Source: the human T2T-CHM13v2.0 reference genome, Homo sapiens. Taken from it: 64,000 bases of DNA. Location: assembly GCF_009914755.1 (NCBI RefSeq), contig NC_060930.1. The stretch is one strand, 5' to 3'. A program made the position numbers and the translations under genes. Shown here in pieces: positions 29,560 to 44,440 of the stretch (its first letter is position 1; every line of letters begins with the position of its first letter). A model generated the notes under the pieces. The model was given only the letters and a program-made list of their open reading frames with translations. It was not told where the DNA came from and ran no database searches.

Positions 29560-30900
29560 AAATTGGAGGTAAATCATGTTCATGGATGGGATAATTTAAT
29601 ATTTTAAATATTTAAGGCAGTTGAATTAAAATCCCAGTAAACTTTTTTTTTTTTTGCGTTTGCATCTTCACTAGCTGATTTCCAGATGAACATAGATGAA
29701 TGAATGTGTATAAATAGCTAAGCTAATTTAGAAAATGAGGAGTAGTAAGGGGGCAAAAAATTATCTGAGTTTAATTTATTATTCAAAGAAATAGAAATGA
29801 AAAAAATACACATAAATACACTTAGAATTTGATCTTTGGAAAATGAATGAGTTACTTAATAAATAGTGTTGGGAGACTTGGACAGAATATAAAGTATGGA
29901 ATAGGAGGAAAAATTAAGTTAGAGAAGCAGGTAGATTTAAAAAATTAAATTTGAAAGCTAAAACTGTAAAGCTAATAGAAGAAAATTCAGAAATTTTTCT
30001 TTGTGATTGGGCATGTAGATAGATTCTAAAATAAATCCATCAGATAGAGTGACCTTGGACCATAAATAAATAATAAATCCTTCAAGTATAAACTATAAAG
30101 AGAAAAATTAATATATTTCATTACATCAGAATGAACTGTTACCTGGCTACCCTAACTTCTAGAGTCTGGAAAGGTGGCATTTTAGCTTTCTAGTCAGTAC
30201 TTAATAAAGGACAATCAAAAACACCACAAACAAAATTTAGGAATGGGGTTTCATTTGGAGAAAATGAAAACAAAACTTAGGATAAGTGACAGTTTGAGAG
30301 AAGATCTATAATATATTTATCACCAAGAAATAATTAATATTTAGAATAATAAAATAAATTTTTGTAAATAAGCAAGAAAAAAACAACATAAAAAGTCAAA
30401 GATTATGATTAAGACATACCCTAATGGCTGACAAATGACATGCAAAAATGAGTTGTTTAACTTCATTTTAATCAACAAAATATAACTTAAAACTCTGAGA
30501 TACTGCTTACTGAAGTGCAAAAAATTAGAACATTGCATATCAAATGCTGGTGGGACTATGGAGAGATGGGAAACCTCGTGTACTGCTGGGAGATATGGAC
30601 TGGTATGGTCACCTTAGAAAGCTATAAAGCAGTACTTAGTGGAATTGATTCATTACTCTGTAGACCCTAAACACTATAGAAATTCTCACAAGCATGCACC
30701 AGAGATATTTAAGAGGATGTTTATCTCAGCATTATTTGTGCTAGCAAAGAACCAGGGGATACTTAGGCTAAATTTAGATTATACAGCAGTCACAAGAAAT
30801 GAACAAAGTAGATATTTAGCCACATGAACAGATCTCGAAAACATAATTTTTGTAGTCTAGCACTATTTATGTAAATTACATGTACACAAATATTAATGTT
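29560..30900 (+). mobile_element. Highly decayed L1M fragments
   Basis: Remnants such as aataaatagtgttgggagac and caaatgctggtgggactatggag. Confidence 0.5.
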
Positions 30901-33483
30901 CATATTTTAAAGACATTCACAGATATAGAAATATATATATTGGAGGTTGAAGGTACAAATAAAAATATTGGAGGTTGAAGGTACAAATATGAAATACTTT
31001 AGGTTGGGAGCCTGTGGAGGGGAAGAGAAATTGGATTGTATAAGATGGAGATAAAAATAAGATAAGAAACAAAGATAATGTGTCATGAATTGATGGCATG
31101 ATTAATCCCATTAATCCCATTCTACCCATCTGACATGCCTACAATAAACAAGCTTATAAATCCACCAGCTTCTCTTGAGAAATAGGAAGATTTGACCACG
31201 TAAGATCTGGTATGGTGGAAGCCAGGAGGTGAGACAGATGTGGAGCAAGGCTTTGCAGCTCCCCTCCCCGTTGTCTATCACCAGTCAATGGAAGACAAGT
31301 TTATTGGTCTCTGGTTTCTGTAAGCATTTGTACTAAGGCCTCTGCTCTACAGAGGTGTGAAAACTTTATTCCAGAGGGGGTTTCAGGAGTAGGTGACCTC
31401 ATGGGCATGGACCAGTTTCATAAGCCTAATGGAGTGAATTCATTTATCCTAAAAGCTGTTGCTATGCTGTTAAGTTGCCTGGGCTGAGAACCCCAAAGAC
31501 AGAGCCATTCAGAAATTTTATAGGCACTGAAGTCAATATTCACCCTAGGCAGGACTCCCCCTGAAGATCCAAATAGATTAAGGGAAATAATTCTAAATGA
31601 AGTCCATAAGGAAACTTTTATAAGAGTGTAATATCTTCTTCCATCATGAATAATTCAGTTAAGAGACCTATGAAGAGCACACCTCTTTTCCCCTTTGACC
31701 GTTCTGCTATTGGAAATGGTCGAACTTTCAGTCCCTGATTAAAGTTTTCAATTTACCCCACTGAAAATGTGCCAATTAATTCTGACGCCTGTAGGCCCAT
31801 GTCAGAAAGTAGCAGCTTTTCCAGTCACGACCTTGTTTGGTTAAAATGCTAAGAATGTTCTATTTTAGAATAGCTAATAACTTGAGACCACCTTCCAAAA
31901 TAGACTCTTTGGGATGAAGTAAGAGAAATAATCTCAAAACAGCTTAAAAAAGATATTTTCTTTTTGAAAGAAAAGGGTTTGTCTGTAAGCCATAGGTGAA
32001 ATAAGGTTAGTTACTACATTCATCACTGATGTATAACAGGTGGAAAAAGATTAAGAGAGCTTCAATAAAAGTGCTTACTTAGGGCAAAGGAAAGTCAAAG
32101 CAAACACAGGACCCCTCCATACATTGGTCATCTGTAGAGAATGTGTATTACTTTTCATAGGGCAGTATTAGCAAGAACAGTGAATCTAATGGACTTCACC
32201 TTATTGAATATCTTCTTTGTTAACAGAGACTAACAGCCAAGGCCCATTTTGCCAGAGTGTGTTAATATATTTTTTTTTAATGCTGTGCTTGATAATGTAA
32301 AAAAAAATAAATAAAAAATAAGTCTGCATTTAGCTATGTGTAGCTGTGGTCATATTATGGACTTGTGCCATGTTAGGGGAACCATTTTCTGAATTTCAAC
32401 CCACTTTGCTGCCACCCAGGAGAGCAGTGACGTCAATATGCACTGGAGGTTAACATGCTTTGCAATAAACACTCACCATCATGACCCAATCCTGGTGAGC
32501 ACCAGTTACTCCACATTGATAGCTGAAGGACTGAATTTGAAAGTCTGCTCTTACGTTACTAAAAACACATGGCTTCTAATATGAGGCAGTTTATTGCCAG
32601 TGGTGGTGTAGAATGATATAAAATGCAGACAAGCACCCAGATTTCAGGACTATGTATCATCATTCCCCGAAATGAACCAGTTCTCCCTTGAGGGGAGCGA
32701 CTGCTTAACTTGGGCAGGAAGAGCAAGATAGATCTGGAACATCTTAGCTGAATGGGAGTGATGATGATACTTTCAGAAATTTCTGGGGTAGTGTTAAGAG
32801 GTGAAAAGAGGTCAGCCTTATAAAAATGAATAAGTGGCGACAAATGAAAGTCAACTATTACCACAATGTGAAACAGGTTGAGTTTAAACAGGAGCCTTGG
32901 TTTTATATATATATATCTCACACAAAATACAACAACAAAAACAACAGGTGTCTTGGCATGTGCTAAGAGGCTATGGAAAGACAATTGTATTAAACACAAG
33001 CATGCATTTTCAGCTGAAGAAAATATAATATATGGAATGAGGATATTGTGAGGATTATACTAAAATTGCTATTGGGAAAACGTTTTTGTTCATTTACTTA
33101 ATAATGAATATCAGTAATCTCAGATGTCCAACTTTGGATTTGCCCCTTCCCACTCTCCTTATGAAAGTTTGCATGGGGTAACAGGTAACTCTGATCTGAT
33201 GTTAAAGCCTCCACTGTTGGGTTGGCCATAACCTGACAGTTAACAGCTTCCCCTACTGATTCTTCATTGACAAGGAAGCCTGCTTGGAGTTAACAAGCTC
33301 ATGGGAACAACTACCCTCCTCTGATATAGTAGCAAAGAGACAAGCGCTACTATAAAAAGGGCCAAGCTTCTTTGGTCAAACAGGGTTTTGCATAGCATGT
33401 CATAGCTATTCTGTCTGGTTACTATCCTGAGGTGCATCTCTTCCCCTCCATCTTTTCTCCAAGAAGCTTGGTTGTAGTGGGGA

Positions 33484-33526
33484 GTGTGTGTGTGCATGTG
33501 TGTGTATGTGTGTGTGTGTGTGTGTG
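33484..33526. repeat. Imperfect (TG)n microsatellite
   Basis: gtgtgtgtgtgcatgtgtgtgtatgtgtgtgtgtgtgtgtgtg seen directly. Confidence 0.9.
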
Positions 33527-35869
33527 CAGAAAGCACAGACCATAGTGCATATGGTGCCAGCCACATTCATCCTAAGGTTGAGAATTCCAGATGAAGAAAT
33601 TATTCTGCCACTGGACTAATGGTAGATAGTTGTTGCTACTTCCATTTTTGTCCACTAGACCCACTAAATATGACTTTTCTGGCTATTATTTTTCTTGAAA
33701 TCTAATGTTGAGGACTTAATATAGTGGAGCATTTGAATAGATTGACTTTAATATTACTATTTAGGAGTCATCTTCAATAATTTGGAAAGAAATAGTGCAC
33801 CCTCTAGTGAACATTTTAAGGACTAGCATAGACCACTGTGCAAAACAGGTTGCATTTGGGTCAGTTAATGGGGAGTAACGTTACACATCCTTGGCACCCT
33901 TTAGTCTGTAGCTTACTGGTTGCCGTCTTTGTGGTAACATGAGGAGTATGAAGGACTAACCACAGGACCAGAAGACAACAATGGTTGGAAGAGGGGAGTG
34001 TGTATGTAGAATGTAGTAGAGTCCTTGCTGCTTCACTCTACTGCCCTTTGCAGAGTGTAGGAAGAATAGGGCAAAGTTTTGCAGGGAATTTGGAGAGACA
34101 CTCTCACAGAAAAGAAAATCGGAGCATCTGGGTATCATGACATGGAAATATAAAAACGTGAAAAAAACATGTGATCGTGAAATTAGAAAAATTATTTTAA
34201 TTCTTATTAGACTAAAGTCACTTGGCATACAGAGAATTGGCTAAGTTGTGAAAAGCAGGAAGAAATTTTGCTCTTGAAATCCTATGATTTTGTCTTCACC
34301 GACCCCAGTCAATTAACTTTGGGAAGACTGTGGAATGGCAATATTTCCATGGAATGAGATAGAAAGTGTGATGGATAAAAGTGGCAGTATGGTTACCTAA
34401 TATCCTAAAAGCCATTACTAGCAGATATTATTCTTTTCTATTTTTTAATTTTTTGAAGTAATGTTTCTTTTGACAATGTCCAAGTATCAATTTTTTTAAA
34501 ATTCAGACAGATGTAATATATATGAACTAGGTTAAAAGTGTGCTCCGAAGGTAATAAAAATAGATCAATTGTTAGAAATAATAAACCCCATATATATAAT
34601 TTGAATTGTTTGATTTGCAATGTATGTTTATTTATATTTTGAAACTAGTAAGGGCCTTTTTACTTTGTTCTTGTGTGACATTTCTGATGGGCTTGCCAGC
34701 AATTTGTTATTTTTGAAATCATGGTTACTTGCTCCAAACCTCCAAACAAGAATCTTTGTGAATTTGATTTATTAGAAAAGTTTTTGACTATATATACTTT
34801 GCAATTTATTTGGTTTTCTCTTAAAGCAAAATGTAAGATTAAACAGAACTCTATGCTATAAGGTTAAACATATAATTATATAGTATTTTTAAACAATCAA
34901 GTACTTTATATAAATTAGATGTAATAACTTTTAAAGAAATGTTATCCTGAAAGTGATTTTCTGTGACTTTGCCAGGAATTCACTGGGAAAGGGCACTAAA
35001 GAGGAAGTGTGCTCAGAAATCGAGATAGCCAGAGATTCTTTTTAATCAAAGGTACGTAGAAGCTCACCAGTTGCCCCAGAGACAGAAGTGAAAATCTTGC
35101 CAGACCACAGTAAAAGTTGGCTCAAATCTTCTCTAGGGTGAGAGGGAGAAACACACACAGGGGGATACCTAGTAGTGTTGGTAAAGTTCCAAATGGAATT
35201 AAATAAACTGGCCCTTTGAAATCAGAATCACAAATTAAATTATGCATTTTGGTTTTGTTTGGACATTTCCATACTGACTGATTGCTTTTCTTTTAAAGGA
35301 CTCTTTTTTGGTGGAGGGGGTGAATTTAAACTGAGAAATTGTATATACTTGCTGGCAAGCTGCAGCTTCACTAACCATGTAACGCTAAATTTTGTGGGAT
35401 GGAGGCATGGAGGTATACAGCCCAGTGACTCCCAGACTTAGTGAGCTTAAATGTTATGTGGAAAGACTGTCACAGATGTGTAGGCATCAAGCCCAGGGGT
35501 TCGGATTCAGTAGTTCTGAGAGGGGGATGAGAAGGCATCATTTTAAACAAGAACCCCAACCCCAGGTGACTTGGAAGCAACTGGTCTAGGGATTATCACT
35601 GAGAGAAACACCAGCTGACCTGAGGTCAATAATGTGGAGGTGTGCAACCATTTATAAATGAATTTATTGAGAAAAGTTCAGTGATAGTTATTTCTGAGAA
35701 GTCTGCACGTGTTTTGGAAAAATTGGGAGGTGGGCCAATGATGACTGAAATATAATTGCACTGGTATACAAATCTGAATGCATTACAAAATGCAGGCTCT
35801 TCAGGGCATGTGCTAGAGCCAGGGCAGAACTCCTCAGCCCCACTCTGCATTCTTGCAGCAGGGCTTCCA

Positions 35870-36170
35870 TTCCTGCTCCTTCCTCTGCTGGGGATGCTCT
35901 TCTTCTTGTCCTCCTGACTTTCTCTAATCAGTCAGACTCTGCTATCTTGTCACCTCTCAGGAGCCTTCTATGAAACCATCAATAAAACTCCTTTCCCAGC
36001 CACTACCCTTCCCTTTTCCTACTTCATCTTTCTTTATAGCACTTGCAATTTGCTGAAATAATATTGTTGATCTGTTTACTTTTTTAGTGTTTCTTCTTTG
36101 AGACTAAACTCCAGGAGGTCAGGGATTTTGTTTGTTTCATGCGTAGCTGTATATCCAGCACCTAGAATTA
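35870..36170 (+). mobile_element. L2 3' fragment
   Basis: ctttatagcacttg...agactaaactccaggagg...ccagcacctagaa. Confidence 0.6.
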
Positions 36171-38300
36171 AGTAGTGAAAGAAATCCAATTCCTTTTCCA
36201 ATCAAAATTTAACTGGTTTTGTGGCCTATTTTCCAGGGGTTTGTGCTCTAATATGGGAGAATACACTGACTCCCTGAACAAGTCCATTCTTGAACCATGG
36301 GGAGTTCAGTGTTATGCCCATTTTCCCCAATGATTGAGAAACTTACTTTGATATTCCCTTTTACTCTTGATAGCTATCACTTTTTGAAAACTTGAGCTTG
36401 GTAATAGACAATGTATTTCTCACTGTCTTTAATACAATAGGTTAAAGATTAATGAATAAATATGGCATATCTTGAAATGAGATGTGTGTATTTAGCATTC
36501 ATCTGAGTGTCACCACACAATGGTAGACGATGGATGGGATTAAGAGAGAATATTTGTCAGTGCTCATTCAGGAAAACAGCTCATGCCAACTAGTTCAATA
36601 GAAGGCATCCAATATGGGAAACTACAGCAGTGATGCAAGATCCAAAATGGCAGGAAGGGAAAAAAGAGGCATTCCCATTATTATCCACAGCAGGAATTTC
36701 CTACCAGCTTTAGAATGGAGGAAAGGGGGAAAAGGGAGGTAGTACGGCCAGAGTCTAGAGGGGCTGGGAGCACAGAAGGAGAGGCTGTCCAGAGGAATCT
36801 GGAAGTCCTGGAGGATGTCCAGCCACTTCTGAGGATGCCTCCAAAACAGAGAGGTAGGTGAAGAAATGCCCTGGCCTCTTCTTTTTTCACCCTCAAATAT
36901 TCTGCCAGTGTTCCCACTGCCTGAACCCAATTACAAGGCAGTAGGAAATGGAATTTGCAGGGATCAGCCCAGGCCACTACAGAAGAGATTAGAGAAAGGG
37001 CTGGAATGGGTCCGAGAGCACACAAGGACAGAAGGAATTTGGAGAAGTGTAAATGATATAATCATCTTGGTTCAGGTTTGTGCTGCATATGAATTATTCT
37101 AACTGCGTGGTGTGAAGCTCACCATGTGATATAAAATTTCCTAAGATCCTGCCACAAAGCTGTCTTATTTGCATGAGTCCAAAAACTGCAGGCTAGAAAG
37201 GTGACTGAAAGTTACAAAATGGTTACATAAATGATCAGCAATCCACATGGGCTTGTTTTGGATTTAATACCATTATTTTTTATTTTATTATTTTAGTGCT
37301 ACTGTTATACTGCATCAAACCTTGTTTTCCTGTGGGGTCTTTGGCTCCCTTAATGACAACTCAAGTCATTTCTGTAATCTTTCAAACACTTTTAGTTATT
37401 AAGAGAGGTGAATTTCAAATATTAGACCTAACCTTGTGCATCCTCTGTTCCTCTTCCCATGAATACAGGTGGACTTAAAGCTTTACCAGCTGGGAACTGT
37501 GGACATTGGTATAGTTATTCTCTCACTCACCTTCTTTCCTGCACTTGCCCTCCTGGTGTTGAGAGGAGAAGGAAAATGAGGGAGGGAGGTTTCACACATA
37601 CCTGCAGGTTTTTTCCTCCTATTGTTCATCAATGAGTCCAGATGGGACTGTCGGTTTCCTCAGAGCAGCAGGCTGTCCTGGGTGGTGGGTTGTATGTTTG
37701 GCTCCTTGGAGAGGCAGTCCCTTCAGAGGCCCTGGTAAAGGACCAGCAATTGAACTTGTGTTTTTCTCACCTGTAGCCCCTACAACAAGTTATCCAGATT
37801 ATCTTGTTGCTGCTAGGGTTGCCTCACCCGGAAGTGGCTCTCTTGAAGGGGCCAGTACAATGAGTGGCTGAATCCCTACCACCTGCTACAGGGTTTGCTC
37901 GAACATCTGTAGGAAATCCACAGATGTTTACACATCAAATGGTAACGCAGTCCAACTAGGTTCTCTCTCTGCACCAAGGCCACTCTTCTGCCCATTTCTT
38001 TATGCTTCCACCATCAGACTTGGGGAAACAGGCACTGTGTGAGAACAGAGGTTCAGCATTTTTACACGAAAGATAATTGAAAATCTTGAGCCCAGTGGCT
38101 TAGGTATCTCCAGTATCACACGGCTGGCACAGGGGGATTGATAGAATGGCCCTATCCTGAAAGATAGAAGAGGAGGAATGGATGGTTTGCTACTCCACAA
38201 ATTATGCATCTCTATTCTCCCGACCTGTGGCAAACTTGCATCCCTTCTCTAGTCCTCTGGTAGTTTTATATTAATACAGATTCTGCTGAAATGGTCCTTC

Positions 38301-38715
38301 TGTGTCCAGAGTTGGTTCCTTCCGGTGGGCTCATGGTCTCACTGACTTCAAGAATGAAGCCGCAGACCTTTGTGGTGAGTGTTACAGCTCTTAAAGGTGG
38401 CACGGACTCAAAGAATGAGCAGCAGCAAGATTTTCTGTGAAGAGCAAAAGAACAAAGCTTCCACAGCGTGGAAGGGGACCCGAGTGGGTTGCCTCTGCTG
38501 GCTGGGGTGGCTAGCTTTTATTCCCTTATTTGTCCCCACCCATGTCCTGCTGATTGGTCCATTTTACAGAGCGCTGATTGGTCCATTTTACAAACCTCTA
38601 GCTAGCTACAGAGCACTGATTGGAGCATTTTTACAGAGTACTGGTTGGTACATTTTACAAACCTCTAGCTAGCTACAGAATGTTGATTGGTGTGTTTTAC
38701 AAACCTCTTGTAAGA
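38301..38715 (-). mobile_element. LTR12-family (ERV9) LTR, truncated at its U3 5' end
   Basis: Reverse LTR12 terminus tgtgtccagagttggttccttcc, gacttcaagaatgaagccgcagacc, tandem ctgattgg repeats. Confidence 0.88.
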
Positions 38716-39608
38716 ATTGTACCTCTTAAAAGAATTCTTTAACTTATTAACTTATTCATTTTAACTATCCAGCACTTAACAATTGCTAGGGATTTAGCTG
38801 GTCATTGAGGATAAAATGAACAATGTACGGTTGCTGCCTTGAGAAGCCTCCAGATGGATAAATGGATAAATAACAGGAACTAATTGTGGAGCATTTATTC
38901 AAGGCCAGATGGTTTGTCAACTTAGTTTAACTTCTCATAGTTCTGTTGCAAAGCGAGAATTATTATCACTAGTACACCAATGAGGAAATGGTTATAAAAG
39001 TGATATAACTCATAGAGTTTAGATAACTTAACCAGGACTGCTCGGGCGTTGGGAATCATGACCAAGTGTTGGTCCTGGAACCATCAGTGCACCTTATTTC
39101 CTCAGGGGTCCTCACTTTCCTCAGAGTCAAATGTCTCTTTGCTTTCAGAAAATTCCAGAAACTGTAGTGATGATCAGGGTTTGTGACTTAGTTTTATTTA
39201 TTTTGGGAGCAGGTTCAGGCATGTGTATAGACTGGAGGCGGTCAATGGTATGAAGACGTTGACAGAAAATGACCAACGGTGAAATTGTTCAGCTCCTGTG
39301 GACAAGACTAGCTAACTCATAGCTAAAACTCCCAGATGTGAAAAATTTAAGGCCAGGGTTAAATTTCTCAAATTTGAAAATCTTATAAACTTAAGAAAAT
39401 TTGATTTTGTAAACTCATATCAGAAAATGGCGTTCAATTCTTAGTTGTAAATTAACTCAATTTGAATTGAAGAATAAAGCAGAGTTAAAAAATAAAATAA
39501 CTTATCCTTCCAAAGCAATTAGCCTCTCAACCCTGCAGATATAAGGAAAACAGATAAAAGTACTTTAAACATTTGATTCACCTGAATTAGCAATTTAATT
39601 GAGGATAA

Positions 39609-39919
<311 letters not shown>

Positions 39920-40049
39920 ACAAAGGCAACTCTTTACTCAAATACACACATAAACACACACACTAGCTTCTTATTGATAGAGACGATGTTATCTAACACA
40001 GCAAGGTGTCATAATATTCTGCTAAGAATATAGACACTGTCCATGTAGC

Positions 40050-41060
40050 ACAGTATTTTTAGTTGTTTAAATTGAGTCTAATACACATTCAGCGAAGAGT
40101 ACAAATTACGTGTTTTTTTTTTTTTTTCCAAAATGAGCACACCCATGTAAACAGCCAGATCAAAAAACAATCAAGAGCTTGAAGTAAATGAAATCAGTAT
40201 TTGCTCTTTTGTGTCTGGCTTCCTTCACTTGGGATTATGTTTATGAGGTTTATGTTTATTGTTGTATATAGTTGTATATACTCTTTCTGAATAGTATCAA
40301 TGGGGAGTAGAACTACATAGTATTCTATTATCTGAATGTACCACAATTTATGTTTCATTCTTGATGGACATTTGGGTATATTCCAGTTTTTGGCTACTAT
40401 AAAAAGTGCTCCTATGAACATTCATTTTGTATCTTTTGGTGAACATATGTATACACATCTTTTGTGTATAGAGGGTCATAAGACAGGCATATGTTCAGCA
40501 TTAGTAAATACTACCAGATAGTTTTTCCAGTATGTTTGCATCAATTTTCACTCCCACCATCAGTATATGAGAGTTTAGGTTGTTATACATTCTTGCCAAC
40601 ACTGGGTATTTCTTTCTTTGCGTTTTGCTTTTAATTTGCATAGTCATGATGCCTAATCACATTGTGTACCTTAAGTGCTTAAGTCATTTTCTCCATTTTC
40701 CAACAAGTTGTCTTTTTCTTATTAGTTTGCAGTTCTTGGTATATTTTGGATGCAAATTCTATATTGGGTAAATATATTGCAAATATATTACATTATGTGG
40801 GTCGCCTTTTTATTCTCAATAATGTCTTTTGATGAACAGAGTTTTGTCTTGGTGCAGTCCAATTTATAATCTTTTCTTTATTATAGCTCTGTTTGGAACT
40901 CTTTGTCTGCTATGAAAACATCCTCCAACATTTTCTTCAAAAACTTTTATTGCTTTAATGGTTACAATTATATTTGCAGTCTACTTAGACTGTGTTTTAA
41001 TGGTTTGAGAATGATATACGTTTTGTTTTCCATATGGATATCCAATGAATTAAACCTGGT
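40050..41060 (-). mobile_element. Old L1M fragment
   Basis: Reverse L1 3' region (ttttgtgtctggcttccttcact, ttttcactcccaccatcag). Confidence 0.65.
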
Positions 41061-42039
41061 AGCACAATTAAAAAATATGTAATATGTTTTAATTTGAATA
41101 ATGGTACTATTGTTACAAGGAATGGATTGTATCCCAAATTATTCTGTAAGTATTTAAGTAGTTAAATTTATGGAGTCTTTGTATCACATACTATGAATAT
41201 TTCTTATTAATATGCTTTCACATGATCAGATCCTATCAAATAAATGAAACCTTGGGTGATAAATAGCTTTGGAAATACTTTCTCAAATCCATTATATATA
41301 TAATGAGTAGATTAGAGATAGTGAATCCAGAAACCTTCAATATTTAAGCATATTGACTCAAATAAATTAACATTCATTATTTGCTATAACACTTTATAGA
41401 AATGTGCAGAAAACATTTGAAGCAACTTGAAGAAAGTAGTTTATATATATCATATAAAAAAACCCAGACAATGAAAGTTGGGCAGAGATAGTACTTTTTC
41501 TGAGGGATTTAATTAGAAAAGGAAGAGAGGAGACAGTGACAAACAGTGCTAAATAGAAAACATTTGCATGAACCTGTGATTTTGAAAAATTCTTATTCAG
41601 TAACAAAAACAACTTTTTCTACTCTGCTGACACTCTATCTACTTCAATATGAAGAGAGTAAAAAGGCAACCTGCAGGATGGAAGAGCATCTGTTGCCAGT
41701 ACTTGGCTGGAATGAGATCACCTGCAGGTAGCCCCCAGATCACGATTCTTTGCATGGGCTTTTACTAAAAGCAGAGTGGGCTCTCTAGAACAAAGCCATT
41801 ATTAGCTCTAGAGTCAGGAAAAGCAAGACAGTCCCAGACTATCTCATGGCAGAGAGGCAAAGATGGCTTGGCAGATATCTGGAGTAAAACTGAAATGGTT
41901 AAAGGTGCCAACCCCCAGAAGAAGGCTTTGCTCAAATTGTAAGAATTCTCTACTACAGTTTTTAATCAACACCAGAGTTAATTCACTCCTTGGACTCAGA
42001 AGGCATTTTGTTCTTTAGAAGGCTTTCTTTCTTTCTCCA

Positions 42040-42485
42040 CTGGCTTTATTGAGGTGTAGTTGAGAAATTAAAAAAAGTATACTCAGAGTGTACAATGTGA
42101 TGCTTTGATATACCTATACATTGTATAATGATTTCCACAAACTAATCAACACATTCATCACCATGCATACTCCTTTTTTGGGGGTGTATTTGTGGTTAGG
42201 ACACTTAAGATCTACTCCTTCAGCAAATTTCAAGTAAATAACACAATATTAATCAGTCACCATGGCTAACCATTAGATTTGCAGAACTTATCTATTATAC
42301 CTGAAAGTTCGTGCCTTTTGACCAACATTTCCCCACATTCCCCCTACAACAACATGGATGAACCTGGAGGACGTTCTGCTAAGTGAAATAAGCCAGACAC
42401 AGAAAGACTAATACTGTACAATTTCATTTATATGTGGACCCTAAAAAGTCAAGCTCGTAGAGAGTAAAACGGTTGCTGGTGGGGC
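42040..42485 (-). mobile_element. L1MA 3' end with an inverted 5' segment
   Basis: Antisense 3' UTR 42040-42345 abuts a sense segment 42346-42485 that precedes it in the consensus. Confidence 0.7.
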
Positions 42486-42549
42486 TTCTGAAGAGGGGGA
42501 TTCTTCTCTGGTGTGGCAGATCTTGCCTGTTAGCAGAATGGGAATTTAA

Positions 42550-42783
<234 letters not shown>

Positions 42784-43514
42784 TAGCAGGAATTAAGCAC
42801 CACATAGAGATGATTTTTTTGATTATTTAGGAACAAGGCAGAGTCTTTGGTGAATGAAGGGGAAGCACTCTGCAAGATATTAACAGGCCAGTATAGTGTA
42901 CTTTCCTAAGAACGGAAATTACAAGTGTTTCATTAAGAAATATAAATTGTTGACATAATTTTAATCCACAGCATTATTTAAATTGCCTAGTTCAAGATTA
43001 TTTTGAGAAAACAATTAACTGTGGCAATTCTAATTAAATTCCCTTGATGTGTATATTGGAAAAATATATAAAGCACAGATTGTAAAATAAAGAACAGCAT
43101 TGGAAAGTTTCAAAATATATATTTTTAAGAAAAGCTAAAATAAGAGTCAAAATGAATTTGTTTGGATTCAGATTTTGAGTATATTTTGGTTCAGAATTTT
43201 CTGCTTGAAGTAAATAGAGACAGTTTAAAACTGATTAACATAATCGAGCCACCAAAATACTTTAAATTCTGTCACTAAACTGGAATTTAATCTGTGTTTC
43301 CTGAAGTAAGATAAAGCAATCCAACTTTTGATAATTAGACTGGTACTTCTTGGAGGAGTAAATAAGCCAAGGATAAGTAATTCCCACCTCTGCTCTAAGA
43401 GTCTTAGCATGTGGAATACTGAGGGGAGAATACCAGGCCCTGGTGGACAAGAGAGAGTGGGAGATGGGAACTCTACTGAGTCTTGGTCACCAGGAACAAT
43501 GCTGCCTTTAATCT

Positions 43515-44440
43515 ACTACCTGAGTTGGCTGTATAATTTCTGGTACCCAATGCAAAATGAAAATTTTGGGCCCCTTAATGAAAAACAGGAAAAAAAGTGC
43601 TTTTAAGGTTCTAAAGTATAAAGCTTTGTTTCTGTATTCCATGGGCCCTCTCTCTCATCTTCTCATGGTGGTTTTTGTTATTTAATGTCCTAAATGAAAT
43701 AAATTATTAGCATAAATTTTTACCATTCATCTTTATAATGTACAATGCCCGTTTTAAATGCAAATACAAAAGTATTTAACTTGGATGCAGAATCACTGAA
43801 CTCACATAATTTGAATTTTATACATGCATATGTATTTTGTTCTTCCCAGCATAGTGGAAAACCTGCTGAAAATAACCCAAATGTTTTTATTTTACTTCTT
43901 GATATGTGTACAATATGGGTTACCCTGTCTTTCTCTTTCTTTTCCTTTCCTTCTGTATCATCACTTTCGGTGTAAGTCCTTGAATAATACAGGAAAGTGA
44001 TACAAGTAAGAAAGAATATGATAGTTTCTTAGTCATGAATGTTCTAGAACATCATTGCCTCCTTTCTGAGATCTGGGTTGAAGGGAAAATGTGGCTATCA
44101 ATGTCCCATTTACTCAGTCGTGGATATAACACATTCATCCTGCACTTTGAGTGTTGCTGGACTCCCATGCATTGCTGGTCCACTGGAACTTTACACTCAT
44201 GGGACTCTTGAATGCTATATGCAAATAGGGCAGCAAGGCATGCCCTAAATGCAGACTGTGTGCAGCTCCTCTGCTCGTGCTTCATTGTGTTTTCAGACTT
44301 CACTTACAAAAAAGTTCAAAGATAGTATCATTAAGAATCCAAAGACGGTGACAGCTAGAGCATGAAACCAAGTGCAGGGCTCTTCTGCACATGGCTTCCT
44401 GTACAATTGCACTGGTTATAAAGCCATGGAACCAGCCTTG
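43515..44440 (-). mobile_element. hAT-Tip100 DNA transposon relic (Zaphod/MER115-like)
   Basis: Resembles the reverse complement of the recalled MER115/Zaphod 5' end (tttactcagtcgtgga, gacttcacttacaaaa, gaaaccaagtgcagggc). Confidence 0.55.

Noticed and set aside
38545-38710. Periodic ctgattgg repeats resembling a repeat-spacer array
   Set aside because: These are the normal LTR12 U3 tandem repeats. They are not CRISPR: no unique spacers, no cas genes, eukaryotic DNA.
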